Made by a program: the position numbers and the translations under genes. From positions 128,001 to 192,000 of the forward strand of contig CAWEPK010000012.1 of NCBI GenBank assembly GCA_963810935.1: a DNA stretch of 64,000 nucleotides. The letters are read 5' to 3'. The stretch is from an uncultured delta proteobacterium. GTDB lineage: Bacteria; Desulfobacterota; Syntrophorhabdia; Syntrophorhabdales; WCHB1-27. How positions within the stretch are numbered: position 1 is the stretch's first letter; each line of letters begins with the position of its first letter. The notes under the pieces were generated by a model, which saw only the letters and a list, made by a program, of their open reading frames with translations, did no database searches and was not told the DNA's origin. This document shows, piece by piece, positions 18,907-29,541 of the stretch.

Positions 18907-18934
18907 TTATCGGCACAACAGGGGGAATACTTTA
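18907..18934 (-). promoter_or_regulatory. Sigma28 (FliA/SigD) promoter of motAB operon
   Basis: Minus strand TAAA-N16-GCCGATAA, about 60 nt upstream of motA start. Confidence 0.7.
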
Positions 18935-19037
18935 CAAATATCGGCTGACGCGAAAACTTATGGATGCAAATGCGGTTCATTCTATTATATACTGTTTCAT
19001 TAGGTGGCATAGCCCGGTATACAGCAAAGGAGACGCC

Positions 19038-19868
19038 GTGAATAAGGTGAGTGGCCCGAGCAGTAAACCGTTTTATAACAGGTCCCTCGAAAGGGCCCTC
19101 CAGATCATGATCGCTTTCGGCGGCGACAGGAAATCCCTGACCCTGGGCCAGCTCTCGGATGCCCTCGACCTTTCAAAAGCGACCGTATTCCGGCTGTGCG
19201 CCACCCTGGTCAATTACGGTTTCCTGCGCCAGGACCGCGAGCAGAAACAGTACTCCCTCGGCGTCAAGCTTTTCGAGCTGGGAAGCATCGTCGCCTCTTC
19301 CTTTTCGCTCGCCGGCATCGCCGCCCCTCACATAGCCCGGCTCCAGTTGGACCTCGGCAAGACAGTCTTCCTGGGCGTCCTCGACGAGGGCGAGCTGCTC
19401 TACCTCGATAAGAGGGAGGGCCTGAAGGAGCCGATAAGCTTCACATCCAACGTAGGCTCGCGGCGGCCGCCGTACTGGGGCATGCTCGGCCTGACGCTCA
19501 TGGCCTTCCTGCAGCCTGAGGAAGTGGATGCACTGCTTGTCGCGCACCCCCTCGTCGCCACAACGAAAGACTCGTTCCCCGACGCGGAGTCCCTTAAGAC
19601 GGCGCTGCGCTCTATCCGGGACGCGGGGTACGCAGTCGATGAGGGAAGGTCCATCGAAGGCGTCGGCGGAGTTGGGGCGCCCATCCGCGACTATACCGGT
19701 AAAATCGCTGCCGCGTTGGGGATCGGGTTTATTCACTTGTCCGTCGACCCCGACCAGGTAAGGCGGATAACAACAAGGCTCCTTCAGGCGGCTTCCGCGA
19801 TATCGGCCGACGCAGGCTATAGGGTAAAATCGTCCGGTCAGGCAGAAGGCGGCAGAAAATTGTCTTGA
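19038..19868 (+). CDS. IclR family transcriptional regulator
   Basis: SLERALQIM..LSKATVFRLCATL..YSLGVKLFELG HTH; GYAVDEG..VGAPIRD effector domain; AAGGAG RBS before GTG. Confidence 0.92.
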   Translation: MNKVSGPSSKPFYNRSLERALQIMIAFGGDRKSLTLGQLSDALDLSKATVFRLCATLVNYGFLRQDREQKQYSLGVKLFELGSIVASSFSLAGIAAPHIARLQLDLGKTVFLGVLDEGELLYLDKREGLKEPISFTSNVGSRRPPYWGMLGLTLMAFLQPEEVDALLVAHPLVATTKDSFPDAESLKTALRSIRDAGYAVDEGRSIEGVGGVGAPIRDYTGKIAAALGIGFIHLSVDPDQVRRITTRLLQAASAISADAGYRVKSSGQAEGGRKLS

Positions 19869-19924
19869 CAAGGCACCGGACGCTGCTATAGCATCACTGT
19901 ATGAGGTGTCATTTTATTAAATGA
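19865..19924 (+). promoter_or_regulatory. Sigma70-type promoter and candidate IclR operator upstream of CoA ligase
   Basis: TTGACA (19865) with TG-C-TATAGC (19884-19892); palindrome TCATTT-TATT-AAATGA (19909-19924). Confidence 0.45.
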
Positions 19925-19992
19925 AATAGCTGCCTGCCGCCACGGCAGACGCGATAGCACCGGGCCGGAAACACCTAACCAAGGGGGCAAAC

Positions 19993-21300
19993 ATGGAATA
20001 TTGGAACAAGTACACGGAAACGTTGCCCAGGGAGAAGCTGGACAACACGGAGTTTAAGTACTTCAAGAACCTCTTCGCTTTCGCAAAGGCCAACTCGAAG
20101 CTTTACGCGGAAAAGCTGAAGGGGATCGAACCGGGCGACATCAAGACCTTCGCAGATATCAAGAAGGTGCCCTTCACGTACAAGGAAGAGCTGCGGAAAT
20201 GGCAGGAGAACGTCGAGCCGTTCCCTTACGGCGGGCTCCTCGGCATACCCATTGAGGAGGTCTCGTCCTTCAGGCAGACGAGCGGCACGACGGGCAGGCC
20301 GGTCTACGTGCCCGAATCATACGAGAGCTGGCAGTGGAGGATCGAATCGTGGTGCCACATTCTCTGGATGGCGGGCTTCAGACCCCGGCACAGGCTTTTC
20401 CTCCCCTTCGGCTACAACGTCTACGTCGCATTCTGGGAGGCCCATTACGCTGCCGAAAAGCTCGGCTGCGAGGTGGTGCCGGGTGGCGCCCTCGACACGA
20501 AGGGCCGCGTCAATAAGATCATCGAGCTTAAGGCCAACGCTATGGCGGGCACGCCCACGTACATGCTGAACATCGCGCAGGAAGCCATGGCTATGGGGAT
20601 CGACCCCAAGTCTTTCGGCATGGACCGCATGATAGGCGCGGGCGAGCCGCTCCCCGAGGCGACGCGCAAGAGGATCGAAGCGACATACGGCTGCAAGATG
20701 TTCGACCACATAGGCAGCACGGAGACGTGCGGGTTCGCAGGCATGTGCGAGGCGCAGAAAGGGCTGCACATCGTGGAGCCTTTCTTCCTGGTGGAGATGC
20801 TCGACCGCGAGACGCTGTCGAAGGAAGTCGCAGTAGGCGAGCAGGGCGTCATCGTCATCACGCCTCTGGGCAGAAGGTCTTTCCCGGTGCTGCGCTTCAA
20901 CACGAACGACGTAGCGATCAAGGGGCCGGACCAGTGTGAATGCGGCAGGACGTCGCTCAAGCTCATGGAGATCGTGGGCAGGGTCGACGACATACGGAAG
21001 ATCAGGGGCGTACTCTTCTCCCCCAAGACGGTGGAGCAGCTCATCAGGTCGGAGTTCCCGGAGATCGTCGAGTTCGAGATAGTCGTGACCCGCGAAGACA
21101 TCATGGACAACATCCTGCTGCGGATCGAATGCGACCCGAAGGTCGAGGCGGCTGCGGCCCAGGACGTGGCCAAGCGGCTCAGCGAAAGGCACAAGATCAA
21201 GACAAACCTGTCCTGCAAGGTAAAGGTCGAGCCGGAAGGCACGCTGCCCAGGTACGACCTCAAGGCCAAACGCTTCAAGGACATGCGAGGTGACCACTAA
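19993..21300 (+). CDS. Phenylacetate-CoA ligase family (PaaK-like) aryl/acyl-CoA ligase
   Basis: PFTYKEELR..PYGG, TSGTTGRP, GAGEP, GSTE, LRFNTND, CECGRT, GRVDD..IRGV, KAKRFKDMR. Confidence 0.88.
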   Translation: MEYWNKYTETLPREKLDNTEFKYFKNLFAFAKANSKLYAEKLKGIEPGDIKTFADIKKVPFTYKEELRKWQENVEPFPYGGLLGIPIEEVSSFRQTSGTTGRPVYVPESYESWQWRIESWCHILWMAGFRPRHRLFLPFGYNVYVAFWEAHYAAEKLGCEVVPGGALDTKGRVNKIIELKANAMAGTPTYMLNIAQEAMAMGIDPKSFGMDRMIGAGEPLPEATRKRIEATYGCKMFDHIGSTETCGFAGMCEAQKGLHIVEPFFLVEMLDRETLSKEVAVGEQGVIVITPLGRRSFPVLRFNTNDVAIKGPDQCECGRTSLKLMEIVGRVDDIRKIRGVLFSPKTVEQLIRSEFPEIVEFEIVVTREDIMDNILLRIECDPKVEAAAAQDVAKRLSERHKIKTNLSCKVKVEPEGTLPRYDLKAKRFKDMRGDH

Positions 21301-21449
21301 TGGACGAGATAAGGAAAGAAATCCAGAACATAGAGAAGAGCGCGGAGAGGATAAAGGCGCTGGCGGACGGGAATAATTCCCTCCTGAAGAACGCCTCCAT
21401 TATACTGACGTTTGTTTATCTGCTGAAGTTCAACACCCCGGAAGAATAA
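21300..21449 (+). CDS. Small hypothetical protein, 49 aa (MDEIRKEIQNIEKSAERIKALADGNNSLLKNASIILTFVYLLKFNTPEE)
   Basis: TAATG stop/start overlap with CoA ligase, GAGGTG RBS, followed by a terminator. Confidence 0.7.
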   Translation: MDEIRKEIQNIEKSAERIKALADGNNSLLKNASIILTFVYLLKFNTPEE

Positions 21450-21456
21450 TAAGAGT

Positions 21457-21492
21457 GGGGCCGGGTTTCCCGGCCCCTCCCCTTTCTCTTTT
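21457..21492 (+). terminator. Rho-independent terminator
   Basis: GGGGCCGGG-TTT-CCCGGCCCC followed by a pyrimidine/T-rich run. Confidence 0.65.
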
Positions 21493-21512
21493 TGCCCGGC
21501 CGGAATAGTCGA

Positions 21513-22916
21513 TCATTCCGACGCTACGTAGGGCTTGACCATCTTCGCCGGATCGACGACCCGGTCGAACTCTTCTTCTGTGGCGAATCCGAGCTTCAGC
21601 GCCGCATCCTTCAACGTCAGGTCGTTGTCCATCGCGTAGTGTGCGATCTTTGACGCCTTGTCATATCCGATGACGGGTGAGAGCGCCGTGACGAGCATCA
21701 ACGAGCGTTCCACGTATTCGGCAATCTTCTTGCGGTTCGGCTTCGTGCCCTCGACGAGGAACCTGCGGAAGTTCGTGCATCCGTCCGAGAGGATCGTAAT
21801 CGAGTGGGTGATGTTGAAGATCATAAGCGGCTTGTAAACGTTCATCTCGAGGTATCCTCCCGCGCCGCCGAAGCCGACGGCCGCGTCGTTCGCCATCACC
21901 TGCACGGCGATCATCGTCAGGGCCTCCGCCTGGGTCGGGTTCACCTTGCCCGGCATGATGGATGAGCCCGGCTCGTTCTCGGGGATCAAAAGCTCGGCAA
22001 AGCCTGCCCGTGGGCCGCAGGACATGAGCCTGATGTCGTTGGCAATCTTATAGAGCGACACGGCCAGGGTGCGCATCGTCCCGGAAAGCTGGACAAGGCC
22101 GTCGTGGCTACCCTGGACGGCGAACTTATTCGGTGCGCTGACAAAAGGCAACCCCGTGAGTTTTGCGATCTCGGCTGCGGCAGCTTCCCCAAAGCCGGGC
22201 GCCGAGTTGATCCCTGTTCCCACGGCCGTTCCACCAAGCGCAATGGGGTAGATTCCATCGAGGGCAGTTTCTAACCGCTTCAGGTTGTCCGCGAGCATCC
22301 CGCTATAACCCGACCATTCCTGACCGAGCGTCAGCGGGGTTGCGTCCTGCATGTGGGTCCGGCCGATCTTGATGATGTCATCCCATTCCCCGGCCTTTGC
22401 CCCGATGGCGTCGTGAAGCGCCTGAACGGCCGGGATGAGCCTCTGTTTCACGTTGACTGCGGCAGCGATATTCATAGCCGAAGGGAAGGAGTCGTTGGAC
22501 GACTGGGCCATGTTGACGTGGTCGTTCGGATGAACAGGCGCCTTGCTCCCGAGGGGCGTACCTGCGATCTGACAGCAGCGGTTGGAAATTACCTCATTCA
22601 CGTTCATGTTGAACTGAGTGCCGCTGCCCGTCATCCACACGTGCAAAGGGAACATGTCGAGGTGCCGGCCGGCAAGGACCTCGTCGCAGACCTGAACGAT
22701 CATCCGGTAAAGCCCGTCGGCCAGCCGGCCGCCGTTGTGGTTGGCAATGGCCGAGGCCTTCTTGAGAACGGCGTACGAAAAGATCATCTCTCGCGGGATA
22801 AGGTCGGAACCGATGCTGAAGTGCTCCAGCGAACGCTGCGTCTGGGCGCCCCAGAGCTTATCGGCCGGGACATCGACTGTCCCGAGGCTGTCGGTCTCTT
22901 TGCGGGTCTCTGCCAT
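21513..22916 (-). CDS. fumC: Class II fumarate hydratase
   Basis: [51 protein letters not shown]. Confidence 0.96.
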   Translation of the reverse strand: MAETRKETDSLGTVDVPADKLWGAQTQRSLEHFSIGSDLIPREMIFSYAVLKKASAIANHNGGRLADGLYRMIVQVCDEVLAGRHLDMFPLHVWMTGSGTQFNMNVNEVISNRCCQIAGTPLGSKAPVHPNDHVNMAQSSNDSFPSAMNIAAAVNVKQRLIPAVQALHDAIGAKAGEWDDIIKIGRTHMQDATPLTLGQEWSGYSGMLADNLKRLETALDGIYPIALGGTAVGTGINSAPGFGEAAAAEIAKLTGLPFVSAPNKFAVQGSHDGLVQLSGTMRTLAVSLYKIANDIRLMSCGPRAGFAELLIPENEPGSSIMPGKVNPTQAEALTMIAVQVMANDAAVGFGGAGGYLEMNVYKPLMIFNITHSITILSDGCTNFRRFLVEGTKPNRKKIAEYVERSLMLVTALSPVIGYDKASKIAHYAMDNDLTLKDAALKLGFATEEEFDRVVDPAKMVKPYVASE

Positions 22917-22950
22917 AGGGGGCTCCCCCGATTGCTTTGGTTGTACGCCT

Positions 22951-24628
22951 CTACGCTGCCTTCCTCCCGGCCCGCTTCTTGAGAAGGTCCGGATATTCAG
23001 GCTTATAAAGCCGGGACTCGAGGAAACTCCTCGTCTCTTCCGGCCGTCCGACTCCCGCCAGATCCCTGTCGAAGATTACATCTACGACGCTTTCAGCCGT
23101 TGTTACTTCCGTCTTGAGTATACCTGTCTGGGGCGGATAGAGCAAGCCCGCTTCGATCTCGCTCCATGTGACCTGGTTTGCCAGGCTGCGGGCCGCGGCG
23201 ATGAACATCTCGTCAGTCACGCGCTTCGCCCTCGTGGCATAAACCGCGAGGCCGACTGCCGGAAAGATATACATGTTGTTGGCCTGACCGGGGATGAACG
23301 TCATGTCTCCGAACCGGACAGGGGGGAACTGCACCCCGCCCGCATAGAGGGCCCTCCCCTCCGACCAGCGGTATGCCTCCTCGGGCGTGCATTCTGCGCG
23401 GTCCGTGGGGTTCGAGAGGGCGAAGATGATCGGCCTGTCGTTCAGGCGCGCCATCGCCTCTACGATCGGCTGATTGAAGGCCTTGCCTACGGTGCTGACG
23501 CCGATGATCGCGGTAGGCTTGATGTCCTCGATCACTGCCAGGAAGTCGTGCGAAGAGGCGTGCCGGTGGGCATAGGGTTGCTGGAAGTCTTTCAGGTCGG
23601 TGCGGCTCGACTCTATCAGGCCGTGCGTATTGAACAGCCAGATGCGCGACTTTGCCTCTTCGTTCGAAAGCCCCTCCAGCGCCATGGCCGATGCGATGAT
23701 GTTGGCGATGCCGATGCCCGCAGAGCCCGCGCCCAGGAAAAGGATGCGCTGGTCGGCCAGGGTGAGGCCCGTGAGACGTAGTGCGCTCAGAAGTCCCGCG
23801 ACCGTTACCCCGCCTGTGCCCTGGATGTCATCGTTGTAGCAACAGACCTTGTTGCGGTAGCGTGCCAGCAGCCGCATGGCGTCAACGCCTTTCCAGTCCT
23901 CGAAGTGGATGCAGCAGCCGGGGAAGACCTCCTGGACGGCGGACACGAACTCATCGACAAAGGCATCCAGCTCGGCTCCCGTTCGCCCGTGGCTGGCGAA
24001 GGCCGAGATAGAGCGGGTCGTTGATGAGCGCCTGGTTGTCCGTGCCGGAGTCGATATGCATGGGAAGGAGATACTGTGGAGGGACAGCCGCGCAGGCCGT
24101 GTAGAGCTGCAGCTTGCCGATGGGGATGCCCATGCCGTTTGCGCCCAGGTCGCCAAGGCCGAGTATCCTCCCGCCGGAGGTGGCGCAAATCACCCGAACG
24201 TCTTTCTCCGGCCAGTGGCGCAGGATTTCCTTCACATGCCCCTTGTGTTTGAGCGAGAGATACATGCCTCTCGGGCGCCTGAAGATATGGCCGAATTTCA
24301 GGCAGGCCTCGGCGACGGTAGGGTCGTAAAGGATCGGCAGGAACCGGGCGGGGTCCGACATTACCACCTTGTAAAATAGCGTCTCGTCGGTGTCGACGAG
24401 CCCAATGAGGTAAATGTAGCGTTCAAGGTCGGTCGGCTTCACCGCGAGTTGCTGCATGACCCTCCGGACCTGGGCCTCCTCGCTGTCTACACCGGAGGGC
24501 AAGAGCCCGGTAAGGCCGAGCGCCTCCCGCTCGTTTTCGGTAAAAGCAGTAGACTTGTTGAGTTTGGGATCGTGAAACAAGTCCGCTCCATGCTTCCCGT
24601 TTACGGTAGTACCGTTTGATCGATTCAT
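22951..24628 (-). CDS. maeA: NAD(P)-dependent malic enzyme (one apparent +1 frameshift near 23982)
   Basis: [61 protein letters not shown]; two ORFs join at [14 protein letters not shown]. Confidence 0.88.
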
Positions 24629-24815
24629 ATCTTGCTCCTTTGCTCTTGTCTCGTTTGAGGTATTGTCGCGTGCGGCTTTCGGCGGGTGCAGCCTACCCGA
24701 ACAACCTCTCTTTAGTGTCCCTAAACTAATGCCTGGTTATCTCATGTCAAGGGGATGGGCGCGTTCGCCTTACGGACATTAAATATCGGCTGAAATAGAT
24801 GACTGCGACGGGGGT

Positions 24816-25571
24816 TTAATCGGAAATGACTTTCGCACAAGAATCTGCGTCTGTAGCTGCCGGTGCCTGGACCTGGCCGAGATAAAAATCGATTACGGCC
24901 TGATCGGCCATTAACTCACTTGCCGAGCCTTCCAGTACGATCTTTCCACTTTCCATGACGTAACCATGAGATGAAACTAAAAGGGCCTGGTGCGCGTTCT
25001 GCTCCACCAGCAGGATAGTCAGGCCCTCGGAGTGCAGCTCGCCGACGATCTCGAAAATGGTCTGGACCAGAAGGGGCGCCAGTCCGAGGGACGGTTCGTC
25101 CAGAAGCAGCAGCTTGGGCTTTGCCATCAAACCGCGCGCAATGGCCAGCATCTGCTGCTCCCCGCCTGAAAGAGTGCCGGCCAGCGACTTGCGGCGCTCG
25201 CCAAGGATCGGGAAGCGTTCCTCCATGGCTGCGATGGTCGCCCTGGCCTCGCCGGCGGACCGGCGGTAAGCGCCCAGCTCCAGGTTTTCCCGAACTGTCA
25301 TGTTGGCCAGCACCAACCGCCCCTCGGGTATCTGGACGATCCCTTCCGAGACCCTCCGATGAGGGCTGTCATGTGTAATATCTCTTCCCTGAAATCGAAT
25401 ACTGCCCCGAATTGCAGGGACAACGCCGCTGAGGGCGTTCAGGATCGTTGTCTTGCCGGCCCCGTTCGGTCCCACTAGGGAAACTATGGCCCCCTGGTCT
25501 ACGCGAAAGGAGACCTCCCGCACGGCCTCAACGTGTCCGTAAGATACGGTGAGTCCGCTTACCTCAAGCAT
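24816..25571 (-). CDS. livF: Branched-chain amino acid-type ABC transporter ATPase
   Basis: GPNGAGKTT, PEGR, LSGGEQQMLAIAR, LDEPSLGLAP, LVEQN. Confidence 0.9.
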   Translation of the reverse strand: MLEVSGLTVSYGHVEAVREVSFRVDQGAIVSLVGPNGAGKTTILNALSGVVPAIRGSIRFQGRDITHDSPHRRVSEGIVQIPEGRLVLANMTVRENLELGAYRRSAGEARATIAAMEERFPILGERRKSLAGTLSGGEQQMLAIARGLMAKPKLLLLDEPSLGLAPLLVQTIFEIVGELHSEGLTILLVEQNAHQALLVSSHGYVMESGKIVLEGSASELMADQAVIDFYLGQVQAPAATDADSCAKVISD

Positions 25572-26334
25572 GTGTTTTCCCCACGCCCAGGTAGGCTTCG
25601 ATCACCTCATGGCAGGACCGCACCTCCGCCGGGCTGCCGGTGGTGAGCACCCGGCCGAAATCGAGGACGGTGATGCGCTGACAGAGGCTCATGACAAAGG
25701 ACATGTTGTGTTCTATCAAAAGGATGGTCATACCCTCCCGGCAAAGGGACCGCAGGAGGTCCGCCACCACGGTCGCTTCCCCCTGGCGCATGCCTGCCAC
25801 CGGCTCGTCGAGCAGCAGCAAGCTGGGATTAAGGGACAGGGCCCTCGCGATCTCCAGGCGGCGGCGTTCACCATATGAGAGGTTGCGTGACTGATAATCC
25901 GCCTTGTCGTCCAGCCCCACGCGGGCCAGCGTCTGTATGGCCTGTTTATAAAGGCTGCGGTCCTCATGTCGAGCCGACGGCAGGCGGAGCAGCCTCGGCA
26001 AGAGCGACCGCCGCGAGGTGAGATGCTGGCCGGCCTGCACGTTTTCCAGGCAGCTCATGTGCGGAAACAGACGGATGTTTTGAAACGTTCTGGCTATCCC
26101 GATGGCTGCCATCTGATGCACGGCAAGGCGATGGAGGTCATGCTCCTTATAGCTCATCCGGCCCGCGCTCGGCGGAAGCAGCCCGCTCAGGATATTGATC
26201 AGGGTGGTTTTGCCCGCCCCGTTCGGACCGATTAAGCCGTGGATGGTCCCGGGTTCAACGAAGAAAGAAACGTCATCCAGGGCTCGCACGCCGCCGAAGC
26301 TCCGGGATACGTTTTCGACGCGCAGGCTGTTCAT
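25564..26334 (-). CDS. livG: Branched-chain amino acid-type ABC transporter ATPase
   Basis: FGGVRAL, GPNGAGKTT, GIARTFQNIRLF, LSYGERRRLEIAR, IEHNM, VIEAYLG. Confidence 0.9.
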   Translation of the reverse strand: MNSLRVENVSRSFGGVRALDDVSFFVEPGTIHGLIGPNGAGKTTLINILSGLLPPSAGRMSYKEHDLHRLAVHQMAAIGIARTFQNIRLFPHMSCLENVQAGQHLTSRRSLLPRLLRLPSARHEDRSLYKQAIQTLARVGLDDKADYQSRNLSYGERRRLEIARALSLNPSLLLLDEPVAGMRQGEATVVADLLRSLCREGMTILLIEHNMSFVMSLCQRITVLDFGRVLTTGSPAEVRSCHEVIEAYLGVGKTHA

Positions 26335-27203
26335 CTTGCCCTCGCTTTTGCCGCCCCGGACCGGCCCCTCGACAGGAGCGAAGCCAAGCCGTTGGGAAGA
26401 AAGAGAATCACCAGGAGGAGAATAAGCCCGTTGATCCCCATGCGGATCGGCCCGGCAGCCACTCCCACGCCCCGCAGGACCTCCGGGAGTGCGGTGAGCA
26501 TAGCCGCCCCGAGGACCGGGCCGTACCAGACGCCCAGACCGCCGACGATGTTATAGATCAGCAGGTCTACGGCGATGAAGAAACCGTAATCACGCGGAGT
26601 AATCAGGTAGTTCAGATGGGCATACATGCCTCCGGCCAAGCCGGCTATCATGGCGCCGATGACAAAAGCCACGACCTTATAATAGGTGATATGGATCCCC
26701 AGAGAGCCGGCGGCGGTCTCGTCCTCGCGTATGCTGATCAGCCCCCACCCCAGACGCGAATGTCTCAGAACAGCGATGAAATAAGCCGTCCCGGCCAGGA
26801 CCAAATAGATCATCCAGGTCTTGGTAACGTTGGGGATGCCGGTCAGGCCCTCGGCTCCGCCGGTGATGTCGAGATTGACTGCCGCGAGGCGCACCACTTC
26901 GCCGAAAGCCAGAGTCGCCATGGCCAGGAAGACCCCCCGCAGCCGCAGCACGGGCAACCCGATGATCAGGCCAACGAGCCCGGCGGTGCAGACCCCCCCC
27001 GCGAGAGAGACTACATAAGGGAGCTTGAAATGGACGCTCAGGATTCCGGCTGTGTAACCTCCCACCGCCGCGAACGCCGCGTTGCCCAGGGAGAGCATGC
27101 CCGCCGAAAGGGTCACGTTCATGCTCAGGGCCAGCAGGGCGTTGATGCCGATGAAGCCTATCAGGCTGCCGTATATGGCATAGAACTGAAGAAGGTACTC
27201 CAT
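26331..27203 (-). CDS. livM: Branched-chain amino acid-type ABC transporter permease
   Basis: SLGNAAF, LRLRGVFLAMATLAFGE, TGG, IREDETAA, GGLG..GPVLGA. Confidence 0.88.
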   Translation of the reverse strand: MEYLLQFYAIYGSLIGFIGINALLALSMNVTLSAGMLSLGNAAFAAVGGYTAGILSVHFKLPYVVSLAGGVCTAGLVGLIIGLPVLRLRGVFLAMATLAFGEVVRLAAVNLDITGGAEGLTGIPNVTKTWMIYLVLAGTAYFIAVLRHSRLGWGLISIREDETAAGSLGIHITYYKVVAFVIGAMIAGLAGGMYAHLNYLITPRDYGFFIAVDLLIYNIVGGLGVWYGPVLGAAMLTALPEVLRGVGVAAGPIRMGINGLILLLVILFLPNGLASLLSRGRSGAAKARAR

Positions 27204-27209
27204 CTGCCT

Positions 27210-28101
27210 TTAGGCCTCCCTTGTCTTCCCGCGTCCCAGAAGCCCGGACGGCCGGACCAGAAGGATCGCGAAGAGGACCGCGAAGGCGACGGCGTCCCGC
27301 AGATTGGACGTACCGGTGATGGCCACGGTGAGTACCTCGCTCAGACCGAAAGCCAACCCCCCCAGTATCGCTCCTGGGATGCTCCCCATGCCGCCCAGGA
27401 TGATCACCGCGAGCCCTTTCGAGCTCGATGGAGCGGCCCATGTCCGGAGTGAGGTTGTTGAAGTAGAGGCCGAAGAGAATGCCCGCTGCGCCGCCCAGTG
27501 ACGAAGAGACAAAAAAGGTAAATGCAATGACGCCGTTCACATTGATGCCCAGGAGCATGGCCGCCCTTTCGCTCTCGCCTATTGCGCGGATGGCTTTACC
27601 GATGCGGGTGCGGCCCATGACGAGAGTGAGGATGATCATCAACAAGGCCGCGACGCAGACAATCCCCACCTGCAGCAAGGTGATCGTTACTCCGCCGATC
27701 TGCCACGTATAAGCGACGATGGTGCCTACCGGAAAGCGCACGGACCTGGCGCCGAACAGCCCCAGCGCCGAGGCTTCGAAAATAATGGCCATCGCAATGG
27801 ACGATATCAGTCCGGAGAACTGGCTGTCGCTGCGCTTGCGCAGGGGGGCAAAGGCCACCTGGTTGAGCAGCAGGCCCAGGACGCCCGCTGCGATTGTCGC
27901 CAGCGGGAAGGCAAACCAGATGGATAATCCGGCATTTTGAACCAGCCACAAAGCTATCAGGCCGCCGAGGGTGAAGATGGCCGCGTGGGCCAGGTTTAAT
28001 ATATCCAGCACCCCGAAGACCAGGGTGTAGCCCACCGCGAACAGCCCATACACGCTGCCTATGAACAGGCCGTTAATCAACTGTTGGAGAAGCAGGCTCA
28101 C
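27210..28101 (-). CDS. livH: Branched-chain amino acid-type ABC transporter permease (apparent frameshift near 27420)
   Basis: QQLINGL..YGLFAVGYTLVFG..NLAH; C-terminus (KGLAVIILGGMGSIPGA..RPSGLLG) in adjacent frame. Confidence 0.85.
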
Positions 28102-28113
28102 CGCCGCCTCGTC

Positions 28114-29253
28114 TTAGTTGCCCATCACTACGAATTTTCCGCCTTTGATCTCCTGCACTATGCCGGGGTGTGAAGCGTCACGGCCCTCGGTAAAAGAGAA
28201 ACGGCCCAATACGGTATCGACGTTCTTGACCTTGACCAGGGAGTCGCGAAGCGCCTTTCGATCAGCAGTCCCGGCCGCTTTGGCCGCCTGATACGCGATC
28301 TGCACGCCGGCGTAAGCCTGGGCCGCAAACTGATCCGGGGCGCGGTTGTACTTCTTCGTATAGTCGTTGACAAACTTGACGTTCAACGGCGCCTTGGAGG
28401 AGATGTTCCAGGCAGCGCCCACGATCACCCCCTCGGCGGCGTCGCCGGCATTCCTGATCAGGCCGGGAGAGTTAAGACCGTTGCCGCCTATGATGCGCAC
28501 CGTCTTCGGTATTCCGAGCTGCCGCGCCTGGCTGATAATACCGGAGGCTTCTTCTGCCAGGGCGCCGCAGATGATCGCGTCGGGGTTCTGGGCCTTGATC
28601 TGGGTTAACTGCGGCGAAAAGTCGCGGTCCCCCTTGGCGAATGTCTGCTCGCCCAGTATCTGGATGCCCGACGACTGGAGGACTTTCTTGAACACCTCAT
28701 AGGTGGCCTTCGTCATCGCGTCGTCGTTACCGTACAACATCGCGACCTTCTTCAGTCCCAGCTTCTCTTTTGCGACCTTGACGGTATGAGGGATAACCAC
28801 GTTTTCAGTCAGGGAGTCCCGGAAGATGAAGTTGCCGATTTCGGTAATACCGGAGATGGTGTTGCTGATGGCCAGAACCGGCACGCCCGCCTGCTGGGCG
28901 ATGGGGTCGGTGATCTTTGCCGTGTTGCTCAGGGTCGGCCCGATGATAAGCGAGACTTTGTCGCCGTTAATGAGCTTGTTGAATACGTTGGTCCCCTGCT
29001 GAGGCACGGACGCATCATCCTCGAAGACGGGGACGATCTGCAACCCGCTGCCCGAGGCGGCATTGATCTGGTCGACGGCCAGGAGGATGCCCTCTTTCTG
29101 GCTGGCCCCGTATACCGCAGCGCCGCCGGTCATGCTGAGGGCAAAACCGATCTTGATGGTTTTAGTTGCAGCGGAAAAAACCGGCGTTACAAGGGCCGAT
29201 AAAAGAAACAAGCCTACGACCACGCCTGTCAGAGCACGACCTAATAGCTTCAC
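28114..29253 (-). CDS. Liv-type ABC transporter periplasmic binding protein
   Basis: Signal peptide, IKIG..TGGAAVYG, DFSPQLTQIK, F.A.AY motifs; heads the liv operon. Confidence 0.9.
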   Translation of the reverse strand: MKLLGRALTGVVVGLFLLSALVTPVFSAATKTIKIGFALSMTGGAAVYGASQKEGILLAVDQINAASGSGLQIVPVFEDDASVPQQGTNVFNKLINGDKVSLIIGPTLSNTAKITDPIAQQAGVPVLAISNTISGITEIGNFIFRDSLTENVVIPHTVKVAKEKLGLKKVAMLYGNDDAMTKATYEVFKKVLQSSGIQILGEQTFAKGDRDFSPQLTQIKAQNPDAIICGALAEEASGIISQARQLGIPKTVRIIGGNGLNSPGLIRNAGDAAEGVIVGAAWNISSKAPLNVKFVNDYTKKYNRAPDQFAAQAYAGVQIAYQAAKAAGTADRKALRDSLVKVKNVDTVLGRFSFTEGRDASHPGIVQEIKGGKFVVMGN

Positions 29254-29487
29254 GGGGACCTCCCTAATCGAGATATATGGCTTCCGATCTATTCCTTAGT
29301 ACTGCGTTTAGCCCAAATTGGATCATGCCTCCACGAAAAACCCGCCATCACGCCGGCAAAAAGGGTCTTTGCGCCCGGATGCAGGATGAGAACACAGGAT
29401 GATTTTGGGGTGAGTCAGTTTATTCAAACGGTAGGCAGGAATTTCACCTTCGAACCCACATGTTCCGAACAACTAAACTCAAGTTTT

Positions 29488-29517
29488 ATTGTATGCATAA
29501 ACAACTTTCTTTGTCAA
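29488..29517 (-). promoter_or_regulatory. Sigma70-type promoter of liv operon
   Basis: Minus strand TTGACA-N18-TACAAT; palindrome TGTTC-C-GAACA at 29461-29471 just downstream. Confidence 0.55.
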
Positions 29518-29541
29518 AATAAGCGAAAAGGAAAGCCGGTC

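Noticed and set aside
18654..19037. N-terminal extension of IclR (404-aa ORF)
   Set aside because: Overlaps motA on the other strand; a good RBS and GTG exist at 19038
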